DNA of 64,000 nucleotides from Hydrolagus colliei (lineage: Eukaryota). The notes under the pieces were generated by a model. It was given only the letters and a program-made list of their open reading frames with translations. It ran no database searches and was not told the DNA's origin. Each line of letters opens with the position of its first letter. Within the stretch, counting starts at the first letter, position 1. This document shows positions 49,101-63,368 of this stretch, one piece after another. The position numbers were made by a program, and so were the translations under genes. The DNA is taken from the NCBI GenBank assembly GCA_035084275.1, contig CM068742.1, positions 135,842,001 to 135,906,000 on the forward strand, given 5' to 3'.

Positions 49101-52100
49101 TTTGGTACAGATACAAAGTCACCACTCTTAACCTTAATTACTTTAAGTTCTTTGGAACATTTAGATGCTATCGGCATTTTTATAAATGTAACTATACTAA
49201 TAAAAAGAACCCTTTCATTTGATGTAGTACTTTTCACGTCTTATAGATGTCTGAAAGCGCTTCACGGAATAAAGTGGATTTATATCTGTACTGTATTTTG
49301 TAATAATAATAATAATCCTTGCATTTGATATAGCGCTTTTCACATATTATCGACATCTCAAAACGCAGCAGCCAATTGTGCACAGCAGTGTCCCACAACC
49401 AGTCGTGGATTGAAAATGACCTATTTTTATTATTGTGGGGTTTTTTGGATGGGTTATTAGGCATGTGGAGTAAGGAAACTTGCCCAAGGTTTCGCCCTGA
49501 TCTGCCTGGATTCAAACACAGGTTTCAGGCTTGTAAGGCGAGTGCTCTAACCACTGAGCTACAGGAGCTCCACAGAATATATCCTACCTCAAGAATGTGG
49601 CTAGAGATATATTTTGACATTGGTTAAATTAATTGATGTAATTTTAGCACTTCTTGTTCACACTCATTTCTATAATATTTTTGTATGATAGCACTTCTGA
49701 GTTCTAATACTCATTTTAATTGAGTCTGAGTCATTTATGTTGTTGAATTCCAATTTAGATCATACTAATTTTAGAGTCTGTGAGAGAATTTGGATAATTT
49801 CCAAGTAGACCACAGCTTTGAGTTGGGGTTAACAGGGAGCTCATTTATTGAAGAGGTACTGACTTTCACATTCAAAAATCCTGCTGTGCCAATGTCTGGG
49901 TGAGAATAGGTGGTTGTGAATTGAAAAAGGATACAGTAAGCGCAATTCAGTGTTTCTATTATGGCCCTCAAGAATAATTCAATGAAAATGACAGAAGAGC
50001 AATATGAACCATACTACGTGGAATTGACACAATAATACTATGTAGTGAAATAGATATTGTTAGCCATATCACAATCAATCTCATCACGAGCTAAGCATTT
50101 CATTATGGCATTCATTCATTTTATTACATTGCAATATTTTTACAGATTTTCTCCCATTAGGACTAACCACTGATATTTCCCCCGAAGATGATTCCCCTCT
50201 ATGTTACTAAAGCGGAGACGGTTAACTTAGCACAGATTAAGAATCAAACTAATGCTGCCCATAAGTACATCGAACTTTGAGGCAGTTAATTTAAAAACCA
50301 AATTAATTTAAAAACAAAAGGCTCCCAATAGTTAAAAGCAGGTATCTATTTACGTAAAACATATTTATTGAAACTCTTCAAGTTACAGTAAAAGTGTAAA
50401 CAACACTTAAATTAACTCACTGGATTCTTCAGTCACTTGTGTGAACAAAAGAGCAATAATTTGCCATCGCGACAGAGTAAATCAGCACTGTGTTTGTAAC
50501 TATTATCTTGAGAGTACAATGCAACAGCAGCAGCCTGTTGGGGATGTTTACAGTTGCTTATTTGGATATTCAATACTATTTCTTCCAAATCGAAGTATGT
50601 GAGGAACATGTGAAACGCACCCTGGGTTGCAACAATATGTACCAGATACATTATACAATGGAATCATTAAGATGCAGAAACTAATGGGTTTCAATTGAGT
50701 GGACAAAACGTTGATTGAAATATCGCTCACAAGCAAATCTGCATTACATTTATCTGTTCTGTATGTGTTTGAAGAATATTTCCTGAGAATATTATCAGAA
50801 CTGGGTTCTTTATTTTTTGAAAAAAAGCTTTTGTCATCTGGTGACTCCACAATAAAGGATGTTTAAATAATTGTTCTATTTTGTGAAATACAAGGTGACT
50901 GAAATGTTGTGATACCCTTACAGTATCTAATAAGTCTTAAAGAAATGATGAATTTTTTTAGATAATAAGGTAGTTTTCATGACTTTTTGATCACCCTGCA
51001 CATCATACCCTCCTTCCTCTATGAGTCAAACAGCAAAAATGTTCTGAAACTTATTTTTAATGAAAAGAATACATTGGTATTCAAGAAAGTTACACAAATA
51101 AAAAATGATCTTTTACACAACATTCTTAAATATTCTACCAGGTTTAACAGCAGCTTCATCACTCACTTCATCAACCAATGTTTTTTTTAAAATAAAAGCT
51201 TTACTTCCGCATTTGTTTTCAAGTTTCTCTTGCTCCAGAATCAGAGGAACCTTTCACTGTTGCTGAGAACACTAATAACTTCAAGATACAAAAGGCATAA
51301 AATTAGGTTCTCAGAGAGAGTAACTGCAACCCTGCATTTAAAGTCTTAAGTTACCAGCTTGCAAAACAACAACAAAATTACACTTGTATAGTGGCTTTCA
51401 CGTTAGGAGGACATCCCAAGGCACTAGACAATCATTGTTTCAGACCCGAGCTGGGGTCGAGGACGGGGAGGATGGAGGGAAAGGTGGGGGATTTGAGGTG
51501 TCCGATGGGACCTTTGAAGAGGAAGATCTTGAGGCAGGACTTGAAGCAGGCCAGGGAGGGGGCGGAGCAGAGGGATCACCGATGCTAAGGTGGATCGGGC
51601 GGGAGTCATGGAGCAGGTCAGAGTATGCTGACGGGAGTTTATGAAGGGAAGAGTTGGGGAGGCCAACAAGGATGGAGTTTCTGTAGTGGAACCTTGAAGT
51701 GACAACCCCGCATGAAGGGTGCTATATAAATGCAAATTGTTGTTGTTATTATGCTATTGGAATAAAATGCTCTTTTCATTCACTGCTGAAAGCGGGGAGT
51801 GCTGGATTGAAAATATCGCATAGTTTGCTAATCCAAAAATAGTGTGCAAAAAGGGGATTGCCGTTCATGGATTACAGTCTTTTTTTCTTTGTTCACAAAC
51901 CTTCCTGTCTTTATTCATACTCCAAAGATTCTTGCTTCTCTGGACATTCCTTCCAATTTCCAAACGCATCATCCTACCTACCTCTTCTCCTCCTTTCTAC
52001 ATCCTTACTGTATTGAATCATTCCACTTTCTTCTGCTTTAACTCATTAGTACCTCGTTTAGGGAAATTTTCCTAGTTTCCCTCAATCATTTCCTGCTCCT

Positions 52101-52604
52101 TTAACCATACTTCCAAAAACTCTAGTTTCATGTCACTTATCCGCTGCACTTGATTTACCTTATAACCCTTCCTCTTCTTTGGACCTTGGTGGTGTCCTGC
52201 ACCATGAGCCTACCCGTAATAACAACAACAACTTACCCCACCTACAAGTTTTTAACCTGTGTATAATTCTTATTAATGTAAGCCCCAAGGATTTCCTGCA
52301 ACTTAGATTGCTGAAAATTTAAAAAATCCAAATCACAAATAGCTGCTTTGTAAATATTGTAAATTTGATGGCTTTTGATACCGATATTTGAAAAAAAGGC
52401 TTCATTTGTACATTTGTAAGTCTGATCACATGGAGGAACTGACAGCTGAAATTCACACACAAATCTGCTGTGTCACCATTGTCACCACAAATCATAATCT
52501 GCCTGCAATTTGGTTCCAGTTGTAAGACAGTTGGGTATTCATGTTGGGGCATTGGCACTCACTGAGCACATCAGTAAAACAAAGAGTTGGCTTTATATGC
52601 TCCC

Positions 52605-53570
52605 TCTAATTATCTACATGTGGACAACTTCCACATATGATACCCAATTCTATCTCTCTGTCCTCTATCCTTGACTCCAGGACCCCTGCTGTCTTGACAT
52701 ATTGTCTGTCAGACATCAAGTCTTGGATGACAGCTATCTTGCTCAGTTGAATGTCAACAAAGCCGAGGCCCTGCTGGTTGGCCTCGTCATGCCTCCACAC
52801 CTCAGGCGCTGATAGCATCACCATCCAACTTTGCACACACCATCACACTAAGCCAGTCTGGAAACTTGGCATTCTGTTTGACCATCAACTATCCTTTCTA
52901 CCCCACTTTAGTGCCATCAACTGCTCTGCCTTCCCCCACCTCTGCAATATTACCTGGCTCTGCCACCATCTCATACCTCAGGCCGACAAAATCCTCATAC
53001 ATGAATTCAGAACAGCCAAGATTGACTATGCAAACTCATTGTTGTCGGCTTCCCCAACTCCCCCCTCCATAGGCTACAGATCATTCAGAACTCTGCAGTC
53101 CTTGGCCTCTCCAGAACTAGGCTTCAATATCCTAGCACCCCCATCCTTGCCCAACTTCACTGCCTTCCCATCGCAGAGGATACAGTTCAAGATTCTGGTC
53201 CTCACCTTCAAAGCCCTGCATGACCTCTCTCCTCCTTACCTCTGCAACTTCCTGCCAACCTGACCACTCCATTTGATCAGTGGGCTTTGGCCTGCTTCAC
53301 ATCCCTCACTTCACTCGCCTACCGTTGGTGAGCGGATCTTCTGCCACTCTGCCCCGCCCTAGGGAACTCCATCCCGCATTTCCTCCACCTCATCCCATCC
53401 CTTGCCTTCTTCATGACCCATCTCAAGACCCTCCGCTTCTGTGCCTTTGATCACCCTCCACCCTCCCGATCCCCTGCTTATGTTCGAAACACTGAGTGTC
53501 CAGTTCCTTGGGACATTCCTCTCGATGTGGAGGCGACTGTAGAAATAGAAATTTGCTGTTGTTGTTGTTT
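52605..53570 (+). mobile_element. Degenerate 5'-truncated L2 LINE
   Basis: Homologous to 27932-28870 (KPVWKLGILFD, KIDYANSLL, RIQFKILVLTFKAL); tail ttgctgttgttgttg. Confidence 0.88.
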
Positions 53571-54311
53571 ACTAACAGATAAACTGTTGGGTGTATTCCA
53601 GCAGACTGTGAAATAATTTCTTTATGTTTTTTATTATTATAATAAAATTAAAGGATATCTTTGAAAAAGAAATCAGGAACGAGATCAACATATTCTTTAG
53701 GAAATAAGAACTGATCTTAAATGGCCTCCATTGTGCTACTATTTTTGCTTTTGAGATTTCAAAGTACAGTACTCACAAAAGTCTTTTCAAAAAATACTTA
53801 CTCGATATTTAGGTAATCGTGCAGTGAGTAAAAACACTATCAGTTCTTTATCTAAAATCTATATCATGCTTTACAAAGAGTTTGTTTATTCTCCACCAGC
53901 TCCAGATTGCTTGCATTGTTGGTCTTTACACCATATTCTCTTGGTGGTGGAATAACAATGTCAATACTTCTCTCTGGGTTCAATAAATCAAGAGTTGGAC
54001 ACTTCCAAGCTCTTTGAATGCAGTCCAAGTTGCGTCCAGTTTCTTGTTGAAGCTGTACCTAGCATCAGTTGTGCCCTGCAGACTTCGCTAATAGGCTGCT
54101 GGCTTCATCACTGATGGATAAAACTGATAAAGGGCAACAGAAGCTAGGAGATATATATTGCAAACTCATCTTCTCGAATGTGCTCATCCTTATGTCCCTG
54201 GCTGTTCTTTAGCTGAGCATGTGTAATACTTCAAGGAATTTCTTCAAAACCTATTGATCCACATTGTGTGGTTGAATCCTTAGTATTGTTCCAAGCTCAT
54301 AATGTATCATT

Positions 54312-54514
54312 TTAAAAGGATGGAAAGAAAAAGTAGCAGAGAAAGCAAAAAATGATGAATCCAATAACCCAGTTGACAGAATATATATAGATAATAACCA
54401 TGTCCATATCAAAACGCCAGCCACGGTTGTCATCCTCAAAATCCATGGAGTCCAGCCTGTAGGCTCCATGAGGGAACTGTCTCCTTGTGATGGTATCTGA
54501 ATGTCTTCCAAAAC
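54312..54514 (-). CDS. RNF180: RNF180 terminal coding exon with C-terminal transmembrane anchor
   Basis: Acceptor ccccacag|; (G)[66 protein letters not shown], matching the RNF180 C-terminus. Confidence 0.95.
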
Positions 54515-55039
54515 CTGTGGGGTTTACATTAATAGCATGTGGCTCATTATTTGAGCTGAGCAGAAACCTATCAGACTCAGTGATATTCAGAATACAGAGA
54601 ATAAATTTGGGCCCTAATTTAATAACTAATTTAATAACTAATTATACTGTTAAACACCTGGGCATCTAGGATTTTATCTTACCTTTATCATAACCACATC
54701 AAATTTCAACTTTATTAATGTGTTGTTATTTAAAACAATTATTATTATTGAATAGAAGTATGAGTAATCATCTCTATTAAACATATCCAACTTTAACACT
54801 ATTCTTATATTTGATGTAGCTCTTTTTATATAGGGAGGCTTTTCTAAAAGAACTTTATTACTGCTTTATTAGTGCCAGGAACAGTGTAATGTATCTCACG
54901 TAAACATGTTTCCATTAGCAAGGATCCTTCTTTTGAATCACAATCCTTTAACATCTGAATAAATCACAGAGCTTCAGAAACTATCTGTAGTCAATGGGTA
55001 AGATTGCAGTCTAAGTTGCTGCGCAAATGATTTCCTTAC

Positions 55040-55165
55040 CTCCCAAGACTCTGAAAAACCTCCTGCAACCAGGTAATGGCCACTTTGCACAGCTTGCCTT
55101 TTGAAAGCTTTGTTTTCTGGCTAGATACTCTTTCGAGAACAAACTTTTTGTGGTGTTATTCAACT
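55040..55165 (-). CDS. RNF180: RNF180 penultimate coding exon
   Basis: Acceptor ctttacag|; (E)[41 protein letters not shown]; donor G|gtaagg; 126 nt. Confidence 0.93.
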
Positions 55166-57661
55166 CTGTAAAGCAGGGAAGAATAAAAGGGCATCACAAT
55201 TTGATATTAATTATGTGGTCGGCATGTATAATTTAAAGCTTCAGATTACAATGGTGTTAATTAAACTGTCACGCTGCGTTGAACCCCTGCCAGTCTAGAG
55301 TAGTGATGGCCACTACCTTCTCATACTGAGACAGGTATAATCTGAGGGTTTGTGATAAGCCGAAGAGTTCCCCAGCAATCAGTAGGCAAAGAACATTGGT
55401 GCAGGCCTGAGAACAAAAAGCTACTGATACAATGACACGATGGCCAAATGGCCTTCTTCTGTGCCATACATTTATAATAATAATAATCAATAATTTGGTA
55501 TAGTGCTTTTCACATCCTCTAGATGTCTCAAAGTGCTTCACAGAATATACTGTAAAGTGAATTGACTGTATACTTGTATACATTTCTGGTAGACGTTCTC
55601 CAACACTCCAACTACAAATGACTATATGTAATTATACAGTGCATTTCACAAAGTAGAACATCACAAACAAACAAACAAACAACAAACAAAACTTACATTT
55701 ATATAGCGCCTTTCACGTCGAGAGGACGTCCCAAGGCGCTGTACAGTCAGGTAGGACAAGAGCAGGGCGGGAAGGATCAAGGCAGGATGAAGAATAGTAG
55801 GAAAAGTAACTGTATATTAGTGGGCGAAACGTGGCAGCCAAATGCTTTGCAGAGATAGTGCGGATCACTGGCAGAGGGTAAGTGTATGAAATATAGTTCA
55901 CTGAAGTTGGAACAGAAGAGATGAAGGTTGAGCAGCAGCCCCATGCTGATTAGGACAAGGATCTTGATATCAATCCCCTGGGTGCTGGTGAAACCTAGAT
56001 GCGGGGGTGGGGGGAGGGTGGGGGGAGGGTGGGGGGAGGGTGGGGGGAGGGTGGGTTGGGGAGTCAGGATCCCTTGTGTTGGAGAGGACACGGACTGAGG
56101 TGTTTGGATGAGCTGAAGCTGAGATTGGGAGGCTCAACAATGGGGAAATTTTGCGTCGATATAACAAAAGCATGATTGAGGCTGTATTGGAGATTAAATA
56201 GCAGCAAAGATGGACAATATACTGGAAGAGAAAATGGTCTTGTTGAAGGACCAAATGTAGCGTTTTAAAAGAAAAAAAAACTATAGAAAATTTATTGTGA
56301 TTAACAAGTGAAATTAACTTTGCTTGATGACAAGACGTAAGGCACGCCATGGGTTTTATTTGGTAATTTACATTGCAGATTTTGTTTTGGACTATTCAAC
56401 ATTTTTCTTCCCCAGAGACGTGGGTGTTTTTCTTTCTCCAGAGATGTGGGGTATTTTGGTCTAACTCCATATGAACTTTGTTCTTTTTATTATTATTATA
56501 GAGTGTACTTAATTAGTTTATATCACAATCATGCAGTTTCACAAATTCCGGGAGACAAATGTGCTCAATGGGGATTTTCACTTCAAAGAAAAATAAATTG
56601 AAAAAAAATGTGGTCTCTCAATCTACTGCTATTTCTGGGACACAGCTGGGCACAATTGGCTGCTGCATTTTCCCCACAAAATAAATACCATCATGTCTCT
56701 TTTGAGGCAGTGTTGAAGCAATAGATTTTGTCAGATTGAACTGCATATTTGAAGCACAAACACCTAAGGCTTTGAGCTTGTCAGAGCCAGGTGTTACAGC
56801 AGATCAAAAGTCCAGGTGTTGTCTTGGAAAGCAGTAGTTTGAGTTGTAAATATTGAGTCCTGACTACATGTAGGCATCACATACCATTCTCAGTCCCACT
56901 GGATATATGCTTTATAGGTGGAAAAGGATAGACAGGAGATTAACTCTTGAGTGTAACTGACATGTCTCTTTGACGTTTTGGAGTACTTATACTATTCTGA
57001 AATAAGTGCAGTTAATCACAACCACTCAAATACTCAAGTAGGAAACACTATGTTATAGGTTGTTTAGCAAATCAACCAGTGCTTAAAAAACACTGAAGCA
57101 AAAACTTACATGACCTAAAAAATCTAGTCAATTCACTTTACATTATATTCTGTGAAGCACTTTGAGACATCTTGAAGACTTGATAAGGCTCTATATCAAA
57201 TGCAAGGATGATAAGGATCATTATAGTAGCAACAGGACAGAGGATTTTCCAACTGCAACTTTGGTACATCTCATTTCTGGGAATCATTGAAAAGTGGAAT
57301 GTCTCCACCTCCCCAAGATATGCTGGCTTCTATTACATCCTCAATGAAATTCAGCAAACATTCTACAGTAACGAATTAGCTACTCCTCTTACTCTGCCAA
57401 GTTTACCACAAAATAACATTTGTTTCATTTCCAGCTTAGTTCTGTAAAGTACTAAAATATTTCTTTTACATCAAGGGCACCATAAACACACCAATGATTG
57501 AATGGGCTTTTACAAAAGTATTTTACTTTGATACCAATTGAATAACAAAAGAGGCTTTATTTTCTGAAACGGTGATTTTAAACCATTCTATAATACAACT
57601 TGCATTACCAGAAAATATCTTCACGATTAAAAAAAAAATTAAAAACCTTTTTATCTACTAC

Positions 57662-57890
57662 CTGTTTGGAAAAAGACTCGGGTGATGACAGTGCGACACA
57701 AAGGGCATGGTGTGTTTGCAGGATTATCCTTTGCAAGAGTTCGAAGGCAGGGCTCACAGAAGATGTGGTGGCAGGGATAACACACATATGGACTGAAGAA
57801 AATATCCAAACACACAGCGCAGATATAGCCTTCCTTTTCCCACTTCAAGTCATCTTCATCATCTGTACTTGTCATATTCGCACTGGAGAT
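57662..57890 (-). CDS. RNF180: RNF180 RING-finger exon
   Basis: Acceptor tttcttttag|; [76 protein letters not shown], a C3HC4 RING matching RNF180; donor G|gtagta. Confidence 0.95.
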
Positions 57891-58516
57891 CTAAAAGAAA
57901 ATAAAACCAATTTTCTTTCTTTATTTTTAAAATAATTTGTACACAAGTTGTTTAAAAATTACAAAGAGGCAGCAAAACCCAGAGCAATATGAACTAATCT
58001 ATTAATACAAAATAATTATCTGCAGACTAGTTTCCTTCACCAAAATATTAGGTCAAAGTTCTGAATTCATAAGAACAAATGCCTGTTATATTTGCTAAAG
58101 GATAAAACACGAATGGACAACCCTTCATCCCTTTTTCATCTTGTTGCCCCTTCATTTCTTTGTTTTGAGGATAGACTATTTCTCTCGCTGAGTATAGATA
58201 TTCTACCCATTCTGCATGATCATATCTGTTCTTTTAGTTGTGCTAAACATGCAGCAAGTGAAAGAAAGTAAGTGTTGAAGAAATCTCAGTTCAGTTTGAA
58301 TAATTCAATAGCTGAAATCTTCCAACAAATTTGGCTCTCAATAAAGATAATGCAGTCTGCTTAATGGAAATGTTCCATTAATTCCTAACATCAAGGTTGC
58401 TTTCAAGGTTGAAGTTTAAGCATAATTCAGATATGAAAATTAGTTACAAATTTTTGGGGGGTTAGCCAGGTATCTGACAGATACAGAAACATGCCATCAC
58501 CATGCTTAAGAGCATC

Positions 58517-59125
58517 CAACAACAACAACAACAACAACAAAATTACATTTATAGAGCGCTTTTCACATTAGGAGGATGTCCGAAGGTGCTGGGGGGGGGG
58601 GGCAGGTTTGTAGCGGATTAGGAGGTCACAGGGGTAGGGGGTTTGTGGCCATGGAGGGCTTTGAATGTGAGTACGAGAATCTTGAATTGGATCCCCTGGG
58701 TGATGGGGAGCCAATGGCGTCAGGCAAGAATGGGGGAGATGGGGACACAAAGCTTGGAGCGGTAGATGACAGGGGCCGCATAGTTCCGCATTATCTACAA
58801 CCTATCGAGTGAAAGGCCGACAATTGGGAAGGCTGACAAGCAGGGCATTGGTGTAGTCAAGCCGGGATGTGATGAAGGCGTGAATGAGGGTTTCAGGGGC
58901 CTGGGGGTGAGGTAATGGTGGAGTCGGGCAATATTGTGGAGGTGAGGGAAGGCAGAGCGGGTCATTGTTGGACATGGGGGAGGAAAGACAGTTGAGGATT
59001 GAACAGGACGCCTAGGTTCCTGACTGGCTTGGTGTGTTGAGTATGCATCTTTGGAGGTTGATGCTGCCAGTGCCTGATAAGAGAAGGCGCTGGCATGAGC
59101 CAATCAGGAGGGCCTCGGTCTTGTA
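58517..59125 (-). mobile_element. Degenerate L2 fragment
   Basis: AFPHLHNIARLHHYLTP plus L2 tail with (AAC)n on the + strand. Confidence 0.85.
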
Positions 59126-59329
59126 CACCATTTCAAAGTTGTTTATTGGAAAGGAATGCACACTTTCTACCTGGAGGGATGAGGCCAGCAATCCTATAGG
59201 TTGTGGGTAGCATAGTAAGTTAGTTTCTGGAAAATATTAGTCTCAGAAGGTATGAGGTACAGGTTGGCAAGCCTTCCATGGCCACAAACCCACTACCCCT
59301 GTGACCTTTAGAGTGTGCATTTAGAGCAT

Positions 59330-59550
59330 TGCTTGGCAAGCTTTCCTGCTGCTTGTCCTAGTAGGACCACCCTGCCTGTTAAAGCTTTGGCTTGCAGGGT
59401 TAGCAGGAGCTGAGTGGGATTACTCCCTGCCACAAGTGACTGGTCTGCCCTCAGTTCCTGAGCTGTGCTGTCAGCATTGCCCTGGTGTCCTGCAGACCTG
59501 CCTGACTCGGGAACTGGACCAATGAACCAGTTCAGCTCCAAGGAGACCCT
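59330..59550. mobile_element. Old dispersed SINE-like element; homologous copies at ~24770-24990 (opposite orientation) and ~31520-31680 (same orientation)
   Basis: Shared blocks: agctttcctgctgcttgtcctagtaggaccaccct (59339) vs agcttttctactgcttgtcgagctaggaccaccct (31602); ttcccgagtcaggcaggtctgcaggacaccagggcaatgctg (59512, minus) vs ttcctgagccaggtgggtcaacagtactccaaggcattgctg (24800, plus). Confidence 0.6.
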
Positions 59551-60107
59551 GCTTACCTCCCCCTCCGCACCTCCCCCCCCACCCCCGCAAAGGATTCCAG
59601 TCACTTGACATCCAACAAGCTTGGGTTGCGGGTTTCGGCCCTCACTAGGTGGATGGTGTATTAGACAGATGAATGAAAATCGTACGCGATGTTATTGACT
59701 TTTCCTCTTCCTTAACACTTATTCTAGTTTGATTGTTCAACAATTTCCCTTGCAATCCTTTGTTTCAGAAATAAACGCATACAGTAAAACCTGGATATCT
59801 ATCCCATTCCGTCAAAATGTCTTCTTATCAAAGCTTAGAAAATGTGTTACAAGTAGGCTTATCCGTGCACATTTATATATAATGTAAGCAAATTGTGAAA
59901 GGCACAATTGTATTTCATAGGTATCCTAGTTAAAATTATTCAATAATAATAGTTGATTATGCAAATCTGGTTAAACATGCCTTTGTTTTTCTTAGTCCAC
60001 ATGTTCACACTAAAGCAAATTTTAAAAGTAGATATCTCTAATATTGTACGGTATCCACCAGGGGCCACAATAAACCAAATACCCTTGCGATGTTCTGGTT
60101 GTTGATT

Positions 60108-61430
60108 CAACAACAACAACAACAACAAATTAGACTTATAGAGCGCCTTTCATGTCGGGAGGACGTCCCAAGGCGCTGCACTGGAGGCGTGTGACCCGAG
60201 CTAGGAGGGGAGTGTTCGGGAGGGGGTTAAAAACATGGGGGAGGTTGAAAAATTAGGGGGGGAACAGAAGGCACGGTCGAAAAGGAAAGTCTTCAAACCG
60301 GCCTTGAAAGAAGAAAGGGAAGAAACAAGGCGGAGGGATTGGGGGATGGAATTCCATAGGGTGGGAGCGAAGAAACTGAAGGCCCGGCCTCCGATGGTGG
60401 GGTGGTTCGGGCGGGGAGCTTGGAGCAAACCAAGTCCTGCTGAATGGAGGGACTATCGGGGGAGAGTAAATCGGATAGATAAAACGGGGCAAGGCCGTGT
60501 AAGGCCTTGAAAACAAGGACAAGGATCATGAACTCGATCCTCTGGGGGATGGGGAGCTAGTGGAGACGGGCGAAGGTGGGGGTTATGTGGTCGCGGAGGC
60601 GGGTGCGGGATAGTACACGGGCTGCAGAGTTTTGGATGACCTGCAGCCTGTGAATGGAGGAGCTGGGGAGGCCGACGAGGAGAGAGTTTCCGTAGTCCAG
60701 CCGTGAGGTGATGTACGCGTGCACGAGTGTTTCGGCAGCGCGGGGGGTGAGATAGTTGCGGAGCCTGGCAATGTTGCGCAGGTGGATATAAGCGGTGCCG
60801 ATCAAGGCACGGATATGGGGGAGGAAGGAGAGTTTATGGTCGAATGTATGCCAAGGTTTCTGACTGGCTTTGTGAGGTGGAGAGTACAGCCTTGGATGTT
60901 GAGGCTGGCAGCGCCCGATGTGCAGAGGCGCTGGCTTGAGTCAATCAGGAGGGCCTCGGTCTTGCTCACGTTCAATTGGAGGAAGTTGTCCCTCGTCCAG
61001 GACTCAATGTCGGACAGACATGCTGTCAGAACATCGATGGTCTGGGGGTTGAGGGATGAGGCAGAAAGGTACAGCTGGGTGTCGTCCGCATACATGTGGA
61101 AATTTACCCCATGTTTGCGGATGACATCGCCCAGAGGGAGCATGTAAATGGTGAAAAGGAGGGGTCCGAGGACAGAGCCCTGGGGGACGCCATGAAAAAC
61201 TGTGCGGGGGTTTGAGGAGAAACCGTTAGAAGATACAAAATGTAGGCGGTGGGTCAGGTAGGAATGGAACCAGTCAAGGACTGAGCCTTGAAGGTTGAGG
61301 TGGGAGGAAAGACGTTGGAGGAGGATGGTGTGATCGACTGTGTCGAACGCAGCAGATGGGTCAAGGAGGACGAGGAGGCAGAGGGAGCCCTGGTCGCAGG
61401 CGGTTGTAGGATGTCGTTTGTAACCTTGAC
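60108..61430 (-). mobile_element. 5'-truncated L2-clade LINE (RT core to 3' tail)
   Basis: LLDPSAAFDTVDH, GVPQGSVLGPLLFTIY, HMYADDTQLY, SRLDYGNSLL; frameshifted; ends in a stem-loop plus (TTG)n tail. Confidence 0.95.
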
Positions 61431-62304
61431 CAGGGCAGTTCCCGTTGTCTACAAAATTTCTATTTTTACAGATCAATTCGTGAATATTATGCTCTTTGCG
61501 ATTCACTGCTCCCTAACATCCTAATCTGTAGCAGAATGTATTAAATGGCAGCTGAAATTAACGTTAGTAGGTATGAATAGTTAAGACATAAATGTTGTCT
61601 TAATGGAATTAAGTAAAGGAAGTTATATTGAGATCCATTTGATCTCAGCCAGTCAGAATTCAATACTTGCAATGTATGCAGATCCAAATACTTAAGGACC
61701 ATTGAAATGCCTGTTTTTACCAATTTTCACTAAAATAATCCTTAATTTTTGGTTAAAGTCAATTGGTAAAAAAAAAACGATTTTCTCCCTGACTTGATTA
61801 ATAATTTTTTTTTAAATTGTTGGTGTTTGGGATGGTGTGAGCACATCAGTTTCTGGATGTACACAGTTGCTCGGGAAGCAATGCAACCTTCTAAAGTAAC
61901 CTTGCATGATTGCAGGTAATTTTGTGCATTCACACTATTGGATCTTTTAAAAGCAAGATCATAAGTCTTTCATATTTAGTTTTGTACAGTTTAGCGTTAT
62001 AGACAGAAAATATTATAGGAGACAGAAAGTGAGAGATTCAGAAATGGACAGAAAGAGTGACTCAGAGTGATTGAGGGAGACAGAGAATTCAATTCAATGA
62101 ATTTACTTGAAGTTTTTGATCTCCAAACTCCCTGTCGTACGATTTTCTCCCATTTTTGATACCAAACATTGACTCTGAGAAAGTCCCCGTTTTTATTTTA
62201 TGGGAAAAGCGACAAACAGTTCTTTCGCATACTTGATTGACCATGGTTGTTTCCTAGTGAGTGTGAGGATTGCATCTGACATCTGGCCACATATTTTCAA
62301 AAGA

Positions 62305-62820
62305 TGTTCAAAATTATGAGGGGATTCGATAGGGTGAACAGGGAGAAACTGTTTCCACGGGCAGGTGGCTCAGTAAGCAGAGACACAGATTTAAAATAGT
62401 TGCCAAAAGAAACAGATGGGTGATGAGGATTTTTTTTTCACACAGCGAGTTGTTTGGATCTGGAATGCATTGCCTGAAAGGGTGGTGGAAGCCAATTCGA
62501 TAACAACTTTCAAGAGAGAAGTAAACAGATATTTGAGGAGGGCAAATTTGTAGGGCTATGGGGAGAAAGCGCAGGGGAGTGGGATCAATCCACGACTGTT
62601 TGTGGGACACTGCTGTGCGCAATTGGCTGCAGCGATTCTCCCACTAATATACAATCAATTCACTTTACAGTATATTCTGTGAAGCGCTTTGGGACATCGA
62701 TAAGATGTGAAAAGCGCTATATCAGATTGTTATTATTGATTTGGACAGCTCTTTCAAAGAGCCGGCATGAACACAACGGGTCGAATGGCTTCCTTCTGTG
62801 CCTTATAATTCTATGATTTA
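62305..62820 (+). mobile_element. CR1 3' fragment interrupted by a SINE (62586-62737); other CR1 pieces at ~2555-2745, 12359-12470, 23620-23897, 27812-27930 and 33830-34280
   Basis: FFSQRVVWIWNALPERVVEA-type sequence and gggtcgaatggcttccttctgtg tail. Confidence 0.8.
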
Positions 62821-63141
62821 TATGAAAGCAGATAAATTGCCTATGTAGCAAAGCTTCTTACCAACCATTTACAGCATTGGCAGCACAAAATCCCTTACAT
62901 TTGTAAAGAGTGAGAAACTCTTAAGAGTGATGCCTGTCAAAGTCACTAGGTATGGGATATGGCTTTCACAAATCAAATCAAAAGGTCTAGCAAGATATTT
63001 CATAAAGATGCATTAACTACCAATGAGTATAACCACGCATGTTGTGAAAACTATCCAAATTAATAATGGATCACATCACTAAGATTGGTTCCTGTTGAGA
63101 AGTCTTGATGTGTAGAACCTGTGTTCTTCACATATCTCACA

Positions 63142-63368
63142 AAAACGCAAAATGCTGCAGATGCTGGAAATCTGAATCAAAAACAGAAGTCGCTGGGAAC
63201 ACTCAGCAGGTCAGGCAGCATCTATGGAGAAAGGAAAGTGAGCCAAAGTTTTGGGTCCACGACTCTTGGTCAGAACGGTCCTGAACCCGAAATGTTGACT
63301 CATTTTTCCTTTCTCCATAGATGCTGCCTGATCTGCTGAGTGTTCCCAGCGATTTCTGTTTTTCTTCA
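63142..63368. mobile_element. Penelope-type palindrome of the same family
   Basis: ~65-bp imperfect inverted arms (gctgggaacactcagcaggtcaggcagcatctatggagaaagg and its complement). Confidence 0.7.

Noticed and set aside
49775-49900. Plus-strand exon-like segment (ttttag...TCTGG|gtgaga)
   Set aside because: All three frames from the acceptor hit a stop, and there is no recognisable homology.
60802-61506. 234-aa reverse transcriptase ORF as an active retroelement
   Set aside because: 5'-truncated, frameshifted near 60830, with no endonuclease; a dead L2 copy.
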